From NCBI GenBank assembly GCA_951406725.2, contig OX597820.1, forward strand, positions 104,470,001 to 104,534,000: a stretch of DNA of 64,000 nt, in the 5' to 3' direction. Shown here piece by piece: positions 50,721 to 63,820 of the stretch. This DNA is from Octopus vulgaris. Its lineage: Eukaryota. Each line of letters begins with the position of its first letter. Position 1 is the stretch's first letter. The notes below the pieces were generated by a model, which saw nothing but the letters and a program-made list of their open reading frames with translations, ran no database searches and was not told the DNA's origin. A program made the position numbers and the translations under genes.

Positions 50721-50923
50721 AAATGAATATTTTTTTTTGTTTCTTCTTCTTGTTATGTCGTATTTTCATATAAGTCCCACATCATGGAATCGACTTCCGA
50801 CGTAAGTTGAGATATGTCTGTACTTTCATTCATCACGACGTATTTGAAACATTAATTTTCGTAATTTTTAATGGGGAAAATAAACAAAAAAGGGCGAAAG
50901 TAAAGAATACGAACATCCGGTGT

Positions 50924-50962
50924 TTAGGGTTAGGGTTTAGAGTTAGGGTTTGGGGTTAGGGT
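50924..50962 (+). repeat. Degenerate TTAGGG run inside a CpG-rich block unrelated to the main MITE
   Basis: ttagggttagggtttagagttagggtttggggttagggt. Confidence 0.8.
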
Positions 50963-51651
50963 TTTTGCTATGCCGAAAACGGGTGGTGTACGTATTCTTT
51001 ATGTCCGCCCCAAAAAGAACGTTCCTTAAGAGTTGTTACAGAAAGACACGTTGGTGCGGCTGCAAGGTGGGGCACAAAGCTTTGCCGCCGCATTGCGTGT
51101 GTGCTCAGCCGGTTGCTTGTAAGCAAAACTTTCCGCAACTGTCGATTTACAAAAGGTACACACACGGTGCACTGGAGAGAGAGAGACAGAGAGAGAGAGA
51201 AAGAGAGAGAGAGAGAGGATTAATGTAGAGAAAAGCAGACATCTCCGTACCCCACTCTCAGTTTTTTTTCACACATCCTCTTCTCTGCAAAAAATGTATA
51301 ACTGTTCTCTTTAGTAAAGCAGTAGACATGCAGAGGGAAAGACAGAGGTGGGATCGATATAAATGCGTGTGTATGCACACGCGCGCACACACACATATAA
51401 GAGAGATGAAAGCAATTTCATTCAAACATCGCTCCAACACAGATATGCTCTCGCTCTGTCTGTCTCTCTCTCTCTCTCACCGTTTACTTTATCATTCATT
51501 CTCTTTCTATCGAGAGCACATTTTCTATTTCGCGTTCTGTATCGACTCATGTATTCTGTTAGCATATTTATATATAAATAAAAACCTACAACCCGAACCC
51601 CACCCATCCATATATATATATGTGTGTGTGTTTATATATGTGTTATATATA

Positions 51652-51858
51652 CATACATAAAACTGTTTATATATACGTGTGTGTATAATACACACACACA
51701 TATATATAGGCATGCTTATATATCAGCACATATATGTATATCTATAACTATATATATATATACATAAAACTGTTTATATATACGTGTGTATAATACACAC
51801 ACATATATATAGGCATGCTTATATATTAGCACATATATGTATATCTATAACTATATAC
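51652..51858. repeat. Tandem duplication of a ~100-bp unit
   Basis: atacataaaactgtttatatatacgtg...ggcatgcttatatat.agcacatatatgtatatctataacta occurs twice. Confidence 0.9.
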
Positions 51859-52899
51859 ATATATCCATTAACGGTCAAAGGCATCCACAGTCGTTACTCA
51901 GAATTTCTTGACTGTTAAAAGTACTCCACAAAACGTGAGCACTCGTCCGCGCGCGCACACACACATAACAGTGAGTGTAGCATTGTAATCGATTGCATTA
52001 GAAAACAGACGACCGACACATTCTCTTTAACCGACCTGTTGAGTTGCTGCTGTCACTGCTGCTGCTGTTAATAAATTTTACCTGCTCGTGTCTCAGAGAA
52101 CTTCATACTATCTTAGTTTTGTTAGCCGACCCTGTTCCCTTTCTCTTTTTCTACCTCAGCAACAGATACGAAGTCAGGGAAGACAGCCTTAGTTCCTTTC
52201 CCTAGAAACAAGCATGAGAGTCCCTTAAACTCCCGCCGTTACTTAGTAAATGAAAGAGAGAAGGCGGAAACTATGAAAAACGGGGACAAGTCAGGTCGTC
52301 ACTGTGGTTATGATAGCAAGGTGTAGTAACAGCAGCAGTGCTGGATATATTGGCTTGCTGCTCAGTTGTTAGTTTAGTTTCTTTCTTCACTTGTAAATCA
52401 GCCATCAAAGATATAGGTTGTGTTTTATTAATATTATTATTATTTTAAGCACGAAGTAATAATTAGACGGCTGATTTTAAATTATGGTTATAAAACACTG
52501 ATATAATGAACAGTTTAACGAAACTTTTCATGAGTGCCCTATAGAGTTTTTAGTTCGGTTAGAACCTCAATATAAAACAGAGGGAATGGACTGAAAATAA
52601 GTTGGGGCTTTTCCCATACCATTTAATACTATCCTGAAGCTTTACAAGGAAATCATTTTTATACATTTCACGTGTGGTAAAAGAAAGAAAACAAAAACCA
52701 ACAGAAAAATATGCTTTCCATTATTAATTGTTAAAACGATATTTTAGTTCAAGGAATTAACATTAAGGATTTCTGTATAACAACCTGTAGCAGAGAGAAC
52801 AGGATTAGGCCAAACTTCTAACGTTTTATTGGCCAAAACTTGGAATACATACAAAACTATGATAGTATCTAACGAACACTATTTGAGTCGTCAATTAAA

Positions 52900-53115
52900 A
52901 TGTCCACCAGTCCCGTCTCCTCTCACCTGTATCCCGCTACTATGCTGTCGTCACCTGGACATGTTACCGGCCATCAGCAGCAGCAATATTTTCAGCAACA
53001 ACATCAACAGTATTATGTTGTCTCACGGCCTACAAACACTGTCATACCACCACAAAGTCGGAATATAGCCGCACCATACAACTACAAACCTGTAGATCAG
53101 GGCAGCAAGAATATG
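52900..53115 (+). CDS. Candidate first coding exon of a host gene (72 aa, S/P/Q/H-rich N-terminus; product unknown)
   Basis: Start context aaaATG; non-repeat ORF MSTSPVSSHLYP...QQQQYFQQQHQQ...DQGSKNM ends exactly at a consensus donor ATG|GTGAGT (phase 0). Preceded by about 1 kb with no recognisable transposons. No downstream exon identified. Confidence 0.62.
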
Positions 53116-53360
53116 GTGAGTTAAAAACCTCATCTATCTATCTATCTAACTATATATATATACACATGTATATACGTGTGTTTATATATATATATATGTA
53201 TATATATATATACTTATATGTATATATACATACATGTATATACGTGTTTATATATATAGATGTATATATACACACACTTGTATATACGTCTTTAAAAACA
53301 TTTATACATGTAGGTATATGTTTACATATATCCTATATAGATGATTTACACGCTTGTGTG

Positions 53361-53406
<46 letters not shown>

Positions 53407-53503
53407 TATATTTGTATAGAAATATATGCCTGTAATGTACACACGCTAATTTATACCAAAATATATACATATATGGGGATGTTTGTAAATAGATGTATAC
53501 ATT

Positions 53504-53539
<36 letters not shown>

Positions 53540-54197
53540 CTCTGGATAAAATCATTTCTGTTATAATATTCAGACTAGAGAAATACTCAGTACACAAATT
53601 AATTATAGTAATTATTATATACAACTTTTTATACATTTATTTAAAGTTTAAAAAGTTACACCCTTCTTCCATTAATTGCCAGTAATGATCAGTCTCTACG
53701 ACCAGGTGTGCATTTGTCTGTTTCAATATTCTCTTTTATGTCCAGTAATATTTACCTGAACAACACACCATTGTAGTCAGATTTGGGTGTAAAAAGAAAA
53801 AAAAGAAAACCCACACACATATTTATTACCTCGTTCACTTCCTTTTAAACTGTTTCTTTCACGTCGCCCATCCTCGTGTTAGTAATTTGTTACATTGGTC
53901 GTTTTATATGTACAAATTTTAAAACTAACTGTTTGTTTGACAGGGCGAGGGCGGTGACAGTGAGAAATAGGGGGTCCTAATTAAAGCAGTAGCGAAAGGT
54001 GTCAATCTTTTCATTAAATTTTTTTCTGTTTTCATCACAACCACCATGTCACTTAACTCTCGCAGTGTATGTAATATTTATGTTTCTCCCTTTCATACAC
54101 ACCTATATCGATTAATTGTGTAGGTGTGTGTGAATATATATACATACATATATATATACGTGTGTGTGTGTAGACATATGGTGGAAACCTCTTAGAA

Positions 54198-54345
54198 CTT
54201 TTAAATTCTGGTGCGAGACCGGCAATTTTAAGGGGAGAAGTTTAGTCGGTTACATCGGCCCCAGTACTTGACTGATGCTTAATTTTATTGATTCCCTTAA
54301 GGGTGAACGGCGAAGTTCACGTCGGCGATATTTGAACGCAGAAGA
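54198..54345 (-). mobile_element. SINE family B, tail type 2, diverged
   Basis: agtcggttacatcggccccagtacttgactg...ggcgaagttcacgtcggcgatatttgaacgcagaa. Confidence 0.7.
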
Positions 54346-55800
54346 TATACCACTAAGAATTTTATCGGTGAATGCTATCAAAATTACTCTGACTTTTTAA
54401 TTGCTTAATGTTATCCCCCTGTTAATTTGTCATCTAAAGGATTTCGTTTAAAGTGTTCCCAATATTCGGGGATACACACAAATATATATACATATACACA
54501 CACACACACACCCCAGCATTTAAGCAAAATAAGGTACATACTAAAGGCATTTACAGAGTTTCAGAGGTTTTTGCTTTTTTCAAATTCCAGATTTACTGTG
54601 CTGTAAAAAGCCTAAAAAAGTATTGAAAATTTCTATTTTCCCTATTGCCTTTGTTATATATAAATAGACAATTTGTTTGTATTACTTTCTGTTAGTTAAT
54701 GTAAATACAATTTAAAAACAAAACTCGTAATATTTAATGTAACTATATATGAAATATAAACCTGTTTTCACCGCATTCAGTACTGCGTTTTGTCAGTTGA
54801 ACAATGGAAGGGTTGAAAGGGTACCGTCATGAAGATGTAGTTAGAGTACCTGTTGGCACGTACACACACACACAAGGTTCAACTCAGTACTACAAACAGA
54901 ACATTCGTTAATTTTGAACTGTTGTCTTTGCTTACAACGAGTCATTCAAACAAGAGAGCTTCCGCGTTGTCGCTCGACTGCTAGAACAAAAGCCAAAATT
55001 TCCCTCAAATTAACCTACTCGTCTCTTAAACTGATACATTGGATAATCAATTCCAGAGTTATCTTGTACGGCTGCAGTGGCTTTGATCATATATTTGCTC
55101 GATCGGAGATTTTAGTTAAACAACAAGGAGATAGTCCACTCAGGTAGACCGGTAATGGCTCACTAGTGTGTTTAAGCAACGTTGCAATTAGAAGTATACC
55201 TGCGTCCAAAATTTATGTGTATGTCACCGGTAATTCCTTAAAGAATAGGATACCTGGAAGCCTATGCTGGATCCATTATCTGGAGGGCATCTGTTTTTGG
55301 TTAGCGTGGAGAGGCTGCTACACTTCAGTCCTTCGTCACGATTTTGTAATGGCTATGAGTTCAAAACGATTAAAGGTAGCATCTTTTCTCCCCATCATTC
55401 ATCCACTCTGATAGCCGTTGAAACTATGTGACCCCTTCCTGCCTGTTCTGCCGGGCCTTGGAAGTTCATCGTAACCCTGACGTAGGTAGCAAGAAAGCTT
55501 GTTAGTGTTTGCCCAAGGTGCCGCCTCGAGTCATCGGTTGGAAGAAAGGGTGACTTAATGTTTTTTTCACAGATTGATTTGCGAGGCGTGTCCTGCACCA
55601 CACTCATGTCTGGGTGTATGCATGCATGCTCTAAAAGCCAAACTCGTCTCTAATCTCGAAACTCCTAATATAATATTCGTGTTTGGGTACTATTTAAGAA
55701 CAGTGGTCCCGGTGCGCGCACTCGCATAATCGCGCATCCGCGCTAGCTAGTCATGACTTACTTTGCGTTTTTGTTTTATTTACTTTGTTTAAAAAATTTA

Positions 55801-56205
55801 GGATCTTTTCCTTTTGAACGGCACTTTGTAACATAATTTCTAGGTAACTAAAAAGTTTTAAACTTTGTATATTGGTAGAATGTGTTTATAAAACATTTTC
55901 TTTTGGTTTTATTGAGAAAATTCTATAGTTTGTAAGATATTTGTTATTTTTTCTTCAATTTCTGTAATTTCAACCAATCAATGACGTCCATTGAGGTAAA
56001 CAACATTCTGTGCCGTATGAATATGTCCCTCGTTTAAGAAACATATTGGGTTTATTTACATTTGTGAAGAAAAAAAGGATACCCTTCCCCACCCCTAACC
56101 CTAAAATAGGTTGAAATGCAGTAGATCGATATTAGGGTCATAATTATGGGTGACAATTTCATACGACACCGCTAGAAGAAACTGCCGTTCAAACTGAAAA
56201 GATCT
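55801..56205 (-). mobile_element. TTAGGG-containing MITE
   Basis: Both TIRs; one is the variant ggatcttttccttttgaacggcactttg. Confidence 0.9.
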
Positions 56206-56597
56206 GATGGACACATTGGATAATGTAGTCAGAGATGGGGGAGAGATCCCCTTCATTCAGGACTCCAGGCTAACTTGTTGCTAAATAAAGCAACAATAAC
56301 AATAATTGTAGTGGCGTTTTCTTACGTAAGTACTAGTCCAGCTAAAGCAGCCACAGCGAGATAAGTTGCTTCTTTGTTATTACTCCTCCACATTGCATGT
56401 CATTTTTTTCATTGGCTTTGTGTTGACATGACTAAATATAGACTGTCATTTCAAATAATAATTTCCTGAGGATATATTTGAAAATTACGGACATTGACCC
56501 TGCAATAGATATTTTTAAAAAGATAATCGGATTGTTGTTTTCCAATCGAACATTTGATTACATGTGGATGTGAAATGAGTGAATCAATACAGAATCG

Positions 56598-57400
56598 GGA
56601 TCTTTTCCTTTTGATCGGCACTTTGTAACATAATTTCTAGATAACTAAAAAGTTTTAAACTTCGTATATTGGTAGAATGTGTTTATAAAACATCTTTTTC
56701 TCTTGGCTTTATTGAGAAAATTCTATAGTTTGTAAGATATTTCGTCTGAAATTACTTGCATTTCGGCAATTTTAACCAATCACTAGCGTCCATTTAGGTA
56801 AATAACATTCTGTACCGTATGAATATGTCCCTCCTTTAAGAAACAGATTGGGTTTATTTACATTTGTGAAGAAAAAAGATACCCTTCCCCCACCCCTAAC
56901 CCTAACTAACCCTAAATCTAAAATAGATTGAAATGCAATAGATCGATACTAGGGTTATAATTATAGGTGACAATTTCATTCGACACCGTTACGGAAAATG
57001 GGATTTTTTTCTAGCAGTGTCAAATGAAAATGTCACCCATAATTATGGCCCTAGTATCGTTCTATTGCATTTCAGTCTATTTTAGTTTTAGGGTTAGTTA
57101 GGGGTTGGGGAAGGGTATCTTTTTTTCTTCATAAATGTAAATAAACCCAATCTGTTTCTTAAAGGAGGAACATATTCATTATGCACAGAATGTTATTTAC
57201 CTAAATGGACGCTAGTGATTGGTTAAAATTGCCGAAATGCAAGTAATTTCAGACGAAATATCTTACAAACTATAGAATTTTGTCAATAAAGCCAAGAGAA
57301 AATGATGTTTTATAAACACATTCTACTAGTATACGAAGTTTAAAACTTTTTAGTTACCTAGAAATTATGTTACAAAGTGCCGTTCAAAAGGAAAAGATCC
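56598..57400. mobile_element. Palindromic head-to-head dimer of the TTAGGG MITE with a perfect 8-bp TSD
   Basis: Arms of about 400 bp; cagaatcg at 56590-56597 and 57401-57408. Confidence 0.93.
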
Positions 57401-57649
57401 CAGAATCGTGGGGGTAGTAGAGGTGGTTGCCAATACCTATCAGAAAGCATCTTTCGTAAGAGTAAAATGAAAGGCAATCCTCTATTTATAATCTCAAATT
57501 GAAAGTGGAAAATTAACGAACGAAAATTAACATTGGCATTGTTACCTTGGAAACATTGAAATTTTGACCTAAAAGCGTGTTGCAGAATCGTAATCAACAT
57601 ATGAAGGTGTGTGTCCAGGTGGTTAGGGTATTGCACTCACGATCGCAAG

Positions 57650-57955
57650 TAGTGTAAGTAGTTTGCTAACCAACCACACAGTTCTGGGTTCAGTCCCACT
57701 ACATGGCCTTGTGAGTAGATTTAGACAGAAACTGAAAGAAGACTGTCGTATATATATATATATATATGTGTGTGTCTGTTTGTCCCCTCACCATCGCTTG
57801 ACAACCGATGCTGGTGTGTTTATGTCCCCGTAACTTAGCAGTTCAGCAAAAGAGACCAATAGAATAAGTACTAGGCTTACAAAGAATGTCCTGGGGTCGA
57901 TTTGTTCAACTAAAGGTGGTGCTCTAGCATGACTGTATTCAAATGACTGAAAAAT
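57650..57955 (+). mobile_element. SINE family A (partly CpG-decayed)
   Basis: Collinear with the 9871 copy. Confidence 0.87.
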
Positions 57956-58389
57956 ACAAAAGAATACTGTGTATGTATGTATGTGTATATATATATATAT
58001 ATATATAATGTATGTATATATGTGTGTATATATGTATATATATATATATATATATAATGTGTATATAAAAGTACAAATGCTCATACAAAAATCAGGTTTT
58101 TACTTTACAATACAGATCTAGTGGCCAGCTTTATTGCATGCATGGAAAAAGCAAATTTCGACAAGGTCGTTTAAATCATGGTTTTGTTTGTTTATAATTT
58201 CCATATATAAATGATATCTATTTGGGGTTTGCTTATTTACTTCCCCACATTTCAAAGTCTAATGTTTTTATTGTTATTATTGTTATTGCTGTTGTTGTTT
58301 AGATAGTAGCTAACATACAGTTTATCATAGTGTTAGATTAAAATTCCTTTTTCAAGTTAATATTTTGGTTGGAAATAAAAAAATGCTGT

Positions 58390-58763
58390 GGAAGCGTGGA
58401 TGTGTGGTTAGAAGCTTGCTTCCCAAACATATAGTTCTGGGTTCAGTCCCAATTCATGGTACCTTGAGCAAGTGTTTACTATAACCTTGGGCTAACCAAA
58501 GCCTTGTGTGTGGATTTAGCAGATGGAAACTTTAAGAATCCCTGTGTGTGTGTGTGTGTTTGTCCTCCACCACTGCTTAATAACTGGTATTGGTGTGTTA
58601 ACATCCCTGTAACTTAGTGGTTCAGCAAAGGAGACTTATAGCATAAGTATCAGGCCTTAAAAAAAATAATAAGTACTGGGATTGATACATTTGATTACAA
58701 ATTCTTCAATGTGATGCCCCAGCATGGCCACAGTCTAACGACTGAACCAAGTAAAAGATAAAA
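58390..58763 (+). mobile_element. SINE family A, full length, CpG-decayed
   Basis: Collinear with the 9871 copy; nearly all CpGs converted to TG/CA. Confidence 0.87.
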
Positions 58764-58856
58764 GACTGCTCCCCATATCCACTCCTTGGTCCCCACTACT
58801 GCTATAAAATTTTTCTCTGTCTTCAGGAGGTGGTACCACTCACTACCAGAAGAACT

Positions 58857-59064
58857 TTCTGTTACTGTATTTATTTTGAGATGTTCTGTGTTTCTTTCAA
58901 TTATTTTAAATATAACAAAGAATTTAGTAAAATAACTTAGTTATCAGTAAGCTAGTGTTAGGAACATTAATTGTGACTAAGGTTTGGTGAAAGATTTTAA
59001 TTCAAAACCTATGAAAACAAGATATTTGTACTACAGAGCAAGAGCCGGGTTGGTAACAAAAGGG
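58857..59064. mobile_element. piggyBac-type MITE, right end only
   Basis: Ends ...aaaaGGG|TTAA; left end not found. Confidence 0.5.
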
Positions 59065-59725
59065 TTAAAGTCTATGTACTTGTGTTGAGGGAGGGGCTGG
59101 GAAGAGACCAGTGAAAATGTAAGGTTTCTGATTCCACAAGTGGTTTTAATATCCCTAATGTGTGTATATTTGAGTGGCATCCTACTGATTTGTTTTTAGG
59201 TCAAAGGTCAGCTCTTTGATTCTCTGGGTTTTTTTTTTTCTTTTCCAGTGGAGAAGCAAAGCACCAATGAAACCAAACTACTTAGGAATTATAAAAGAAT
59301 TTCTCCATAAATGTGTACTAACCGGTTCTTATTTTATTGAGAATAAAGTGATTTGGTCTTGTAACAAGACACCTTACCCTCTAGCAAATATCCGGTTTGC
59401 TTCTTCCATTAAAAGGGGCTACTAAGCTGGTGGTTGAGAAACACCAATTAATGGGGCTGGGAGGAAGGTAGTGGAAAATGTGAGGCTGGTCAATGACCAG
59501 GAATTCTATAGGGAAGGGGTTATGTCTTTGAGCTGTGAATTTTGATGAAATTTATTGTATCTCAGAAAGATGAAAGACAAAGTCTGCTTCAGCAGGGATG
59601 GAATTGAGAATAAAATTCCAAGAAAAATATAATTGAAAAATAAGTTGGGAGGTGGGAACTGCTAAGAGGAATTTCATATTCATGATATCAGCATTGAAGG
59701 ATATTTGTTGTTTTAAGTTTTACTA

Positions 59726-59800
<75 letters not shown>

Positions 59801-60292
59801 GTGCAAAGGTTACAAAAAGAACAACACAAAGATGAGGTAAAAGATGTTGATATTAGCCTGATGCTCAGGAAGTAGAGTAAAAAGAAGGAAATATCTTTTA
59901 ACATTTTAAGTATTCACTCATCTTTCAAAAAATAGGTGAGAAGAATGTGTAGGGTGAAGCTTTTTGATAAGAGGAGGACTGAGGATTTGATGGGGATGCT
60001 GAGGTTGGAGGAATCATTGGCAAAGACAATGGAATGAGGTGGTATGAGAATGTGTTGAGAATGGATGTCTGAGGAGGAAGATTGCATTTGAGGTAAATAG
60101 AGCATGAAAACGAGGTAGACTGAAGAAAAGGTGGAAGGGACAGGTGGCGGAGGAGGATTGGGAGGGTTGGTTTGAAAAAGGAAGACACCCAAAACCAGGC
60201 GAGATGGTGTAAGGGCAGTTGCTATGGCATTAAGGTAGATCCAGCCACCCCTGTTTACAGTGACAAAACCTGAATTTAAATCACTGGATGAT

Positions 60293-60545
60293 GATCATCA
60301 TCATCATCGTTTAACGTCCGCTTTCCATGCTAGCATGGGTTGGACGATTTTGACTGAGGGCTGGTGAACCAGATAGCTGCACCAGGCTTCAATCTTGATT
60401 TGGCAGAGTTTCTACAGCTGGATGCCCTTCCTAATGCCAACCACTCTGAGAGTGTAGTGGGTGTTTTTTACGTGCCACTGGCACGGGGGCCAGTCAGGTG
60501 GTACTGGCAATGACCTCACTCGAATCTTTTTTACTCATGGCACCA
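60293..60545 (-). mobile_element. SINE family E with (GAT)n tail (RTE-like 3' end)
   Basis: Reverse complement reads ggcattaggaagggcatccagctgtagaaac...ccaacccatgctagcatggaaagcggacgttaaacgatgatg; homologous to 62121-62348. Confidence 0.82.
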
Positions 60546-60671
60546 GCACAGGTGCCAGTACCTGTGCTGGTGGCATGAGAATAGAACAGAGAAGGAACAT
60601 AGGAAAAATTGAAATGTACACATGTCCAACCACCAGAACATGGTAATAAAAATAAAAGACATCATTATTTT

Positions 60672-60880
60672 GGTAGTAAGCTGGCAGAATTGTCAGCGCA
60701 CCAGACAAAATGCTTGGCCTGTCTTTATGTTCTGAGCTAAAATTCTACTCAGGTTGACTTTGTGTTTCATCCTCTCGGTGTCGCTGAAATAATTATCATT
60801 CAAGTACTGGGTCAATGTAATTGACTAGCTCCCACTACCAAAATTTCAGGCCTTCTTCCTGTTGTAGAAAAAATTATTAT
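60672..60880 (+). mobile_element. SINE family B, tail type 2, CpG-decayed
   Basis: Head, core and aaatttcaggcctt...gtagaaaaaattattatt tail. Confidence 0.82.
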
Positions 60881-61650
60881 TAAGGTTAATTAACACCATC
60901 CTTACCCAAAACAAAAACATGCAACAATGATATCTACACCATCTCAAATGTCAACATGAATTACCTTAGCTTGGATTAACTGAAACGGTATCTTAATTTT
61001 TTTTTTTTTTCAATCCTGCAAAAATTAATTACAATTAGAAAGTCTACAAAGACTGAAGTGTTAGTTTCCAGGTGAGAACGTGGGACTGACAAATCCCATA
61101 CATTTAAAAAAAATGCAGTTTTTAACACACATAATTCCTGTCGACTAAAATGAGAGGTTTAGTTGGACAAAATAAACGAGATCTCTGTCAGGGCTTCTAC
61201 CTGGAATATATCTAAATTTGAATAATTTTCTATTTATTGGTCTCTCTCTCTATCTCTCCTCTTCCACATCTCTCTCTCTCTCTTTCTATGTGTACACACA
61301 TGCACACACACACACACACTCAAAGTATGCAAGCATGTGAAACACACTCACACGTGAGCATGCACATATACACATGCAGACATATAGTTGTGTGGTTAAG
61401 AAACTCACTTTGCAACCATGTAGTTTTAGTTTCAGTCCCACTGCATGGTAGTCCCATTGCATGGATCTACAGTAGTGTTATGTGTGTGTGTGTGTGTGCA
61501 TGCATGCATGTGTGGTTGTGAGTGTGCAAATGTGCATGAATGTTGAAATTTCATGGCTTTTCTTGAACACAATAGTGAATGGGCTTTTATATTCCTTGAA
61601 TTCATTATGACTGGTCACCCTGCAATTTTGAAGACATGTAGAATAAAAAA

Positions 61651-61809
61651 ATTCTTTACTTGAAAAACAAGTAAAGATAGAAGGCTGGAATAGCATCCAT
61701 CTATAAAATCCTTTTCGTGTACCCCATGCTAGCAAGGGAAAATTAATTATAAAAGAGCTAATGATATATACCATCCTCATTTAATGTCCCTTTTTACCAT
61801 GCTTGCATG
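61651..61809 (+). repeat. 159-bp segment duplicated at 62348-62506 (1 mismatch seen)
   Basis: Direct comparison of the two segments. Confidence 0.93.
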
Positions 61810-62061
61810 GTTCATATAGAATTTGTTGAGGCATATTCCCTAATGTTGGATGCCCTTCCTGTCGCAAATGCGCTTGTATAAATAGATATACAGATATATT
61901 ATTCAGTTGTCACTTATTGTGACTGAGGGTACAGTGTAGCACCTACATTGCTAGAAATAAGAGTTAAAAAACACTTAGATCCACATGCTACCCTGCACCC
62001 TCAGTCTCAATTAGTGACAATTGAATTTTTCCTTTTTGTCTTTATATTGCATATAGCTGCC

Positions 62062-62120
<59 letters not shown>

Positions 62121-62123
<3 letters not shown>

Positions 62124-62348
62124 CCTCTGTGCCAGTGGCACGTAAAAAGCACCAACCGATCGTGGCCGTTGCCAGCCTTGCCTGGCACGTAAAAAGCACC
62201 CACTACACTCACGGAGTGGTTGGCATTAGGAAGGGCATCCAGCTGTAGAAACATTGCCAGATCAGACTGGAGCTTGGTGCAGCCTCCTGGCTTCCCAGAC
62301 TCCGGTCAAACCGTCCAACCCATGCTAGCATGGAAAGTGGATGTTAAA
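62121..62348 (+). mobile_element. SINE family E, 5'-truncated
   Basis: gtgccagtggcacgtaaaaagcacc...ggcattaggaagggcatcc...catgctagcatggaaagtggatgttaaa. Confidence 0.85.
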
Positions 62349-63236
62349 TTCTTTACTTGAAAAACAAGTAAAGATAGAAGGCTGGAACAGCATCCATCTA
62401 TAAAATCCTTTTCGTGTACCCCATGCTAGCAAGGGAAAATTAATTATAAAAGAGCTAATGATATATACCATCCTCATTTAATGTCCCTTTTTACCATGCT
62501 TGCATGATGATGATTACTACTTACCGTGGCAGTATTGAGTTTACAATATTAATCTTTGAACTGTAATGCTATCATACAACTTGCTCCATCTAAACATTGA
62601 ATATAGAGCTTTACAGTGACTCTGTAATAGTTTGGTCTGCTGGAAATGACAGTGAAATCTACCTCAAATTGTACCCTATTGTCTTTTAGAAAACAGAAGA
62701 ACACTTTGGATAGTGAAAGCTGAAATATAACATGCTTAATGGGAAAAAAAAAAGAATGAGATAGTCACAGCTCCAACGTTTGTTCAACCAGGCCCAATGT
62801 GGCAGTAAAGAACAACATGAAACACAATGCTTGTTTATGTTGTACAGTTGGAGATTCCAGCAGCAGTTGCCAAGTTGCACTCTTATTCATACAGTTCAAT
62901 ATTAATATGCTGTAATGCCATAGGTAAATCCTCCACTCACTACTAATAAACAATCTCTGTTGAATCAATTACATCAGAACTGATATTCGTCCCAGCTGGA
63001 CTGTGCTCAATTTATTTTACTGCAAAATTTCAAGTGATGGTCATGGTGGCTGTTTGTTTCATTGTAATTAACATAAAATAACCTGGTATTTCTTTCCTTG
63101 ATACAATTGTGGTAGGAATTTTAAACTTTATTTATATATATTTATTTGTCATTAGCTAGCTATGAAGTTAATTAATTTCTTAGAGAAGGTAATCACCTAG
63201 TTTCACACAATACCAACTGGTCTTTAAGAGATTTAA

Positions 63237-63453
63237 CCCTTTAGCACTTAAACTGGCCATATCCGGTTCCAAATATTCTACTTGTTTTATGCTCAACCTG
63301 ACTAGATCCAGTCTTTCACACCTACCCTACAATGTCAGTCTAAAAATAAACACTCACATCATTGAAATCTTAAAGCTTTGAGAGAATGCATGAATAATTC
63401 AAAACAATGTGAATAAGCATTACATTTGATAGAGTAATCTGAATGTTTAAGGG
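63237..63453. mobile_element. piggyBac-type MITE
   Basis: TTAA|CCCTTTAGCA ... tgtttaaGGG|TTAA. Confidence 0.9.
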
Positions 63454-63512
63454 TTAAGCTGATTTTATTCTGTGCAAGCATTTGAACCCGACCTTTGCTT
63501 TCTCCCTATTCA

Positions 63513-63808
63513 TGTTGTTTGTTCCTTCTTGAACCATGCCTGGCTCATAAGGGCCGGTTTCCTTGGCGTATTGGTTTCCCACCTGGATGGGACACTGGTC
63601 CATTGCAGGTGAGCCGCAAGATGCAGGAGGAAAGAGTGAGAGAAAGTTGTGGCAAAAGGGTCAGCAGAAGTTCACCATTACCTTCTGCCGGAGCTACATG
63701 GAGCTTAGGTGTTTCACTCATAAACACACAATGCCCAGTCTGAGATTCAAACCTGCAATCCCTCGACTGCGAGTCCGCTGCTCTAACCACTAGGCCATGT
63801 GCCTCCCC
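63513..63808 (-). mobile_element. SINE family D, full length, CpG-decayed
   Basis: tRNA-like head ggggaggcacatggcctagtggttagagcagcggactcgc and an (aac)n-like tail. Confidence 0.88.
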
Positions 63809-63820
63809 TATTCACATTAA

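Noticed and set aside
59914-60240. Pro/Ser-rich minus-strand ORFs
   Set aside because: Purine/pyrimidine-skewed low-complexity sequence, probably a decayed retroelement; no motif identified.
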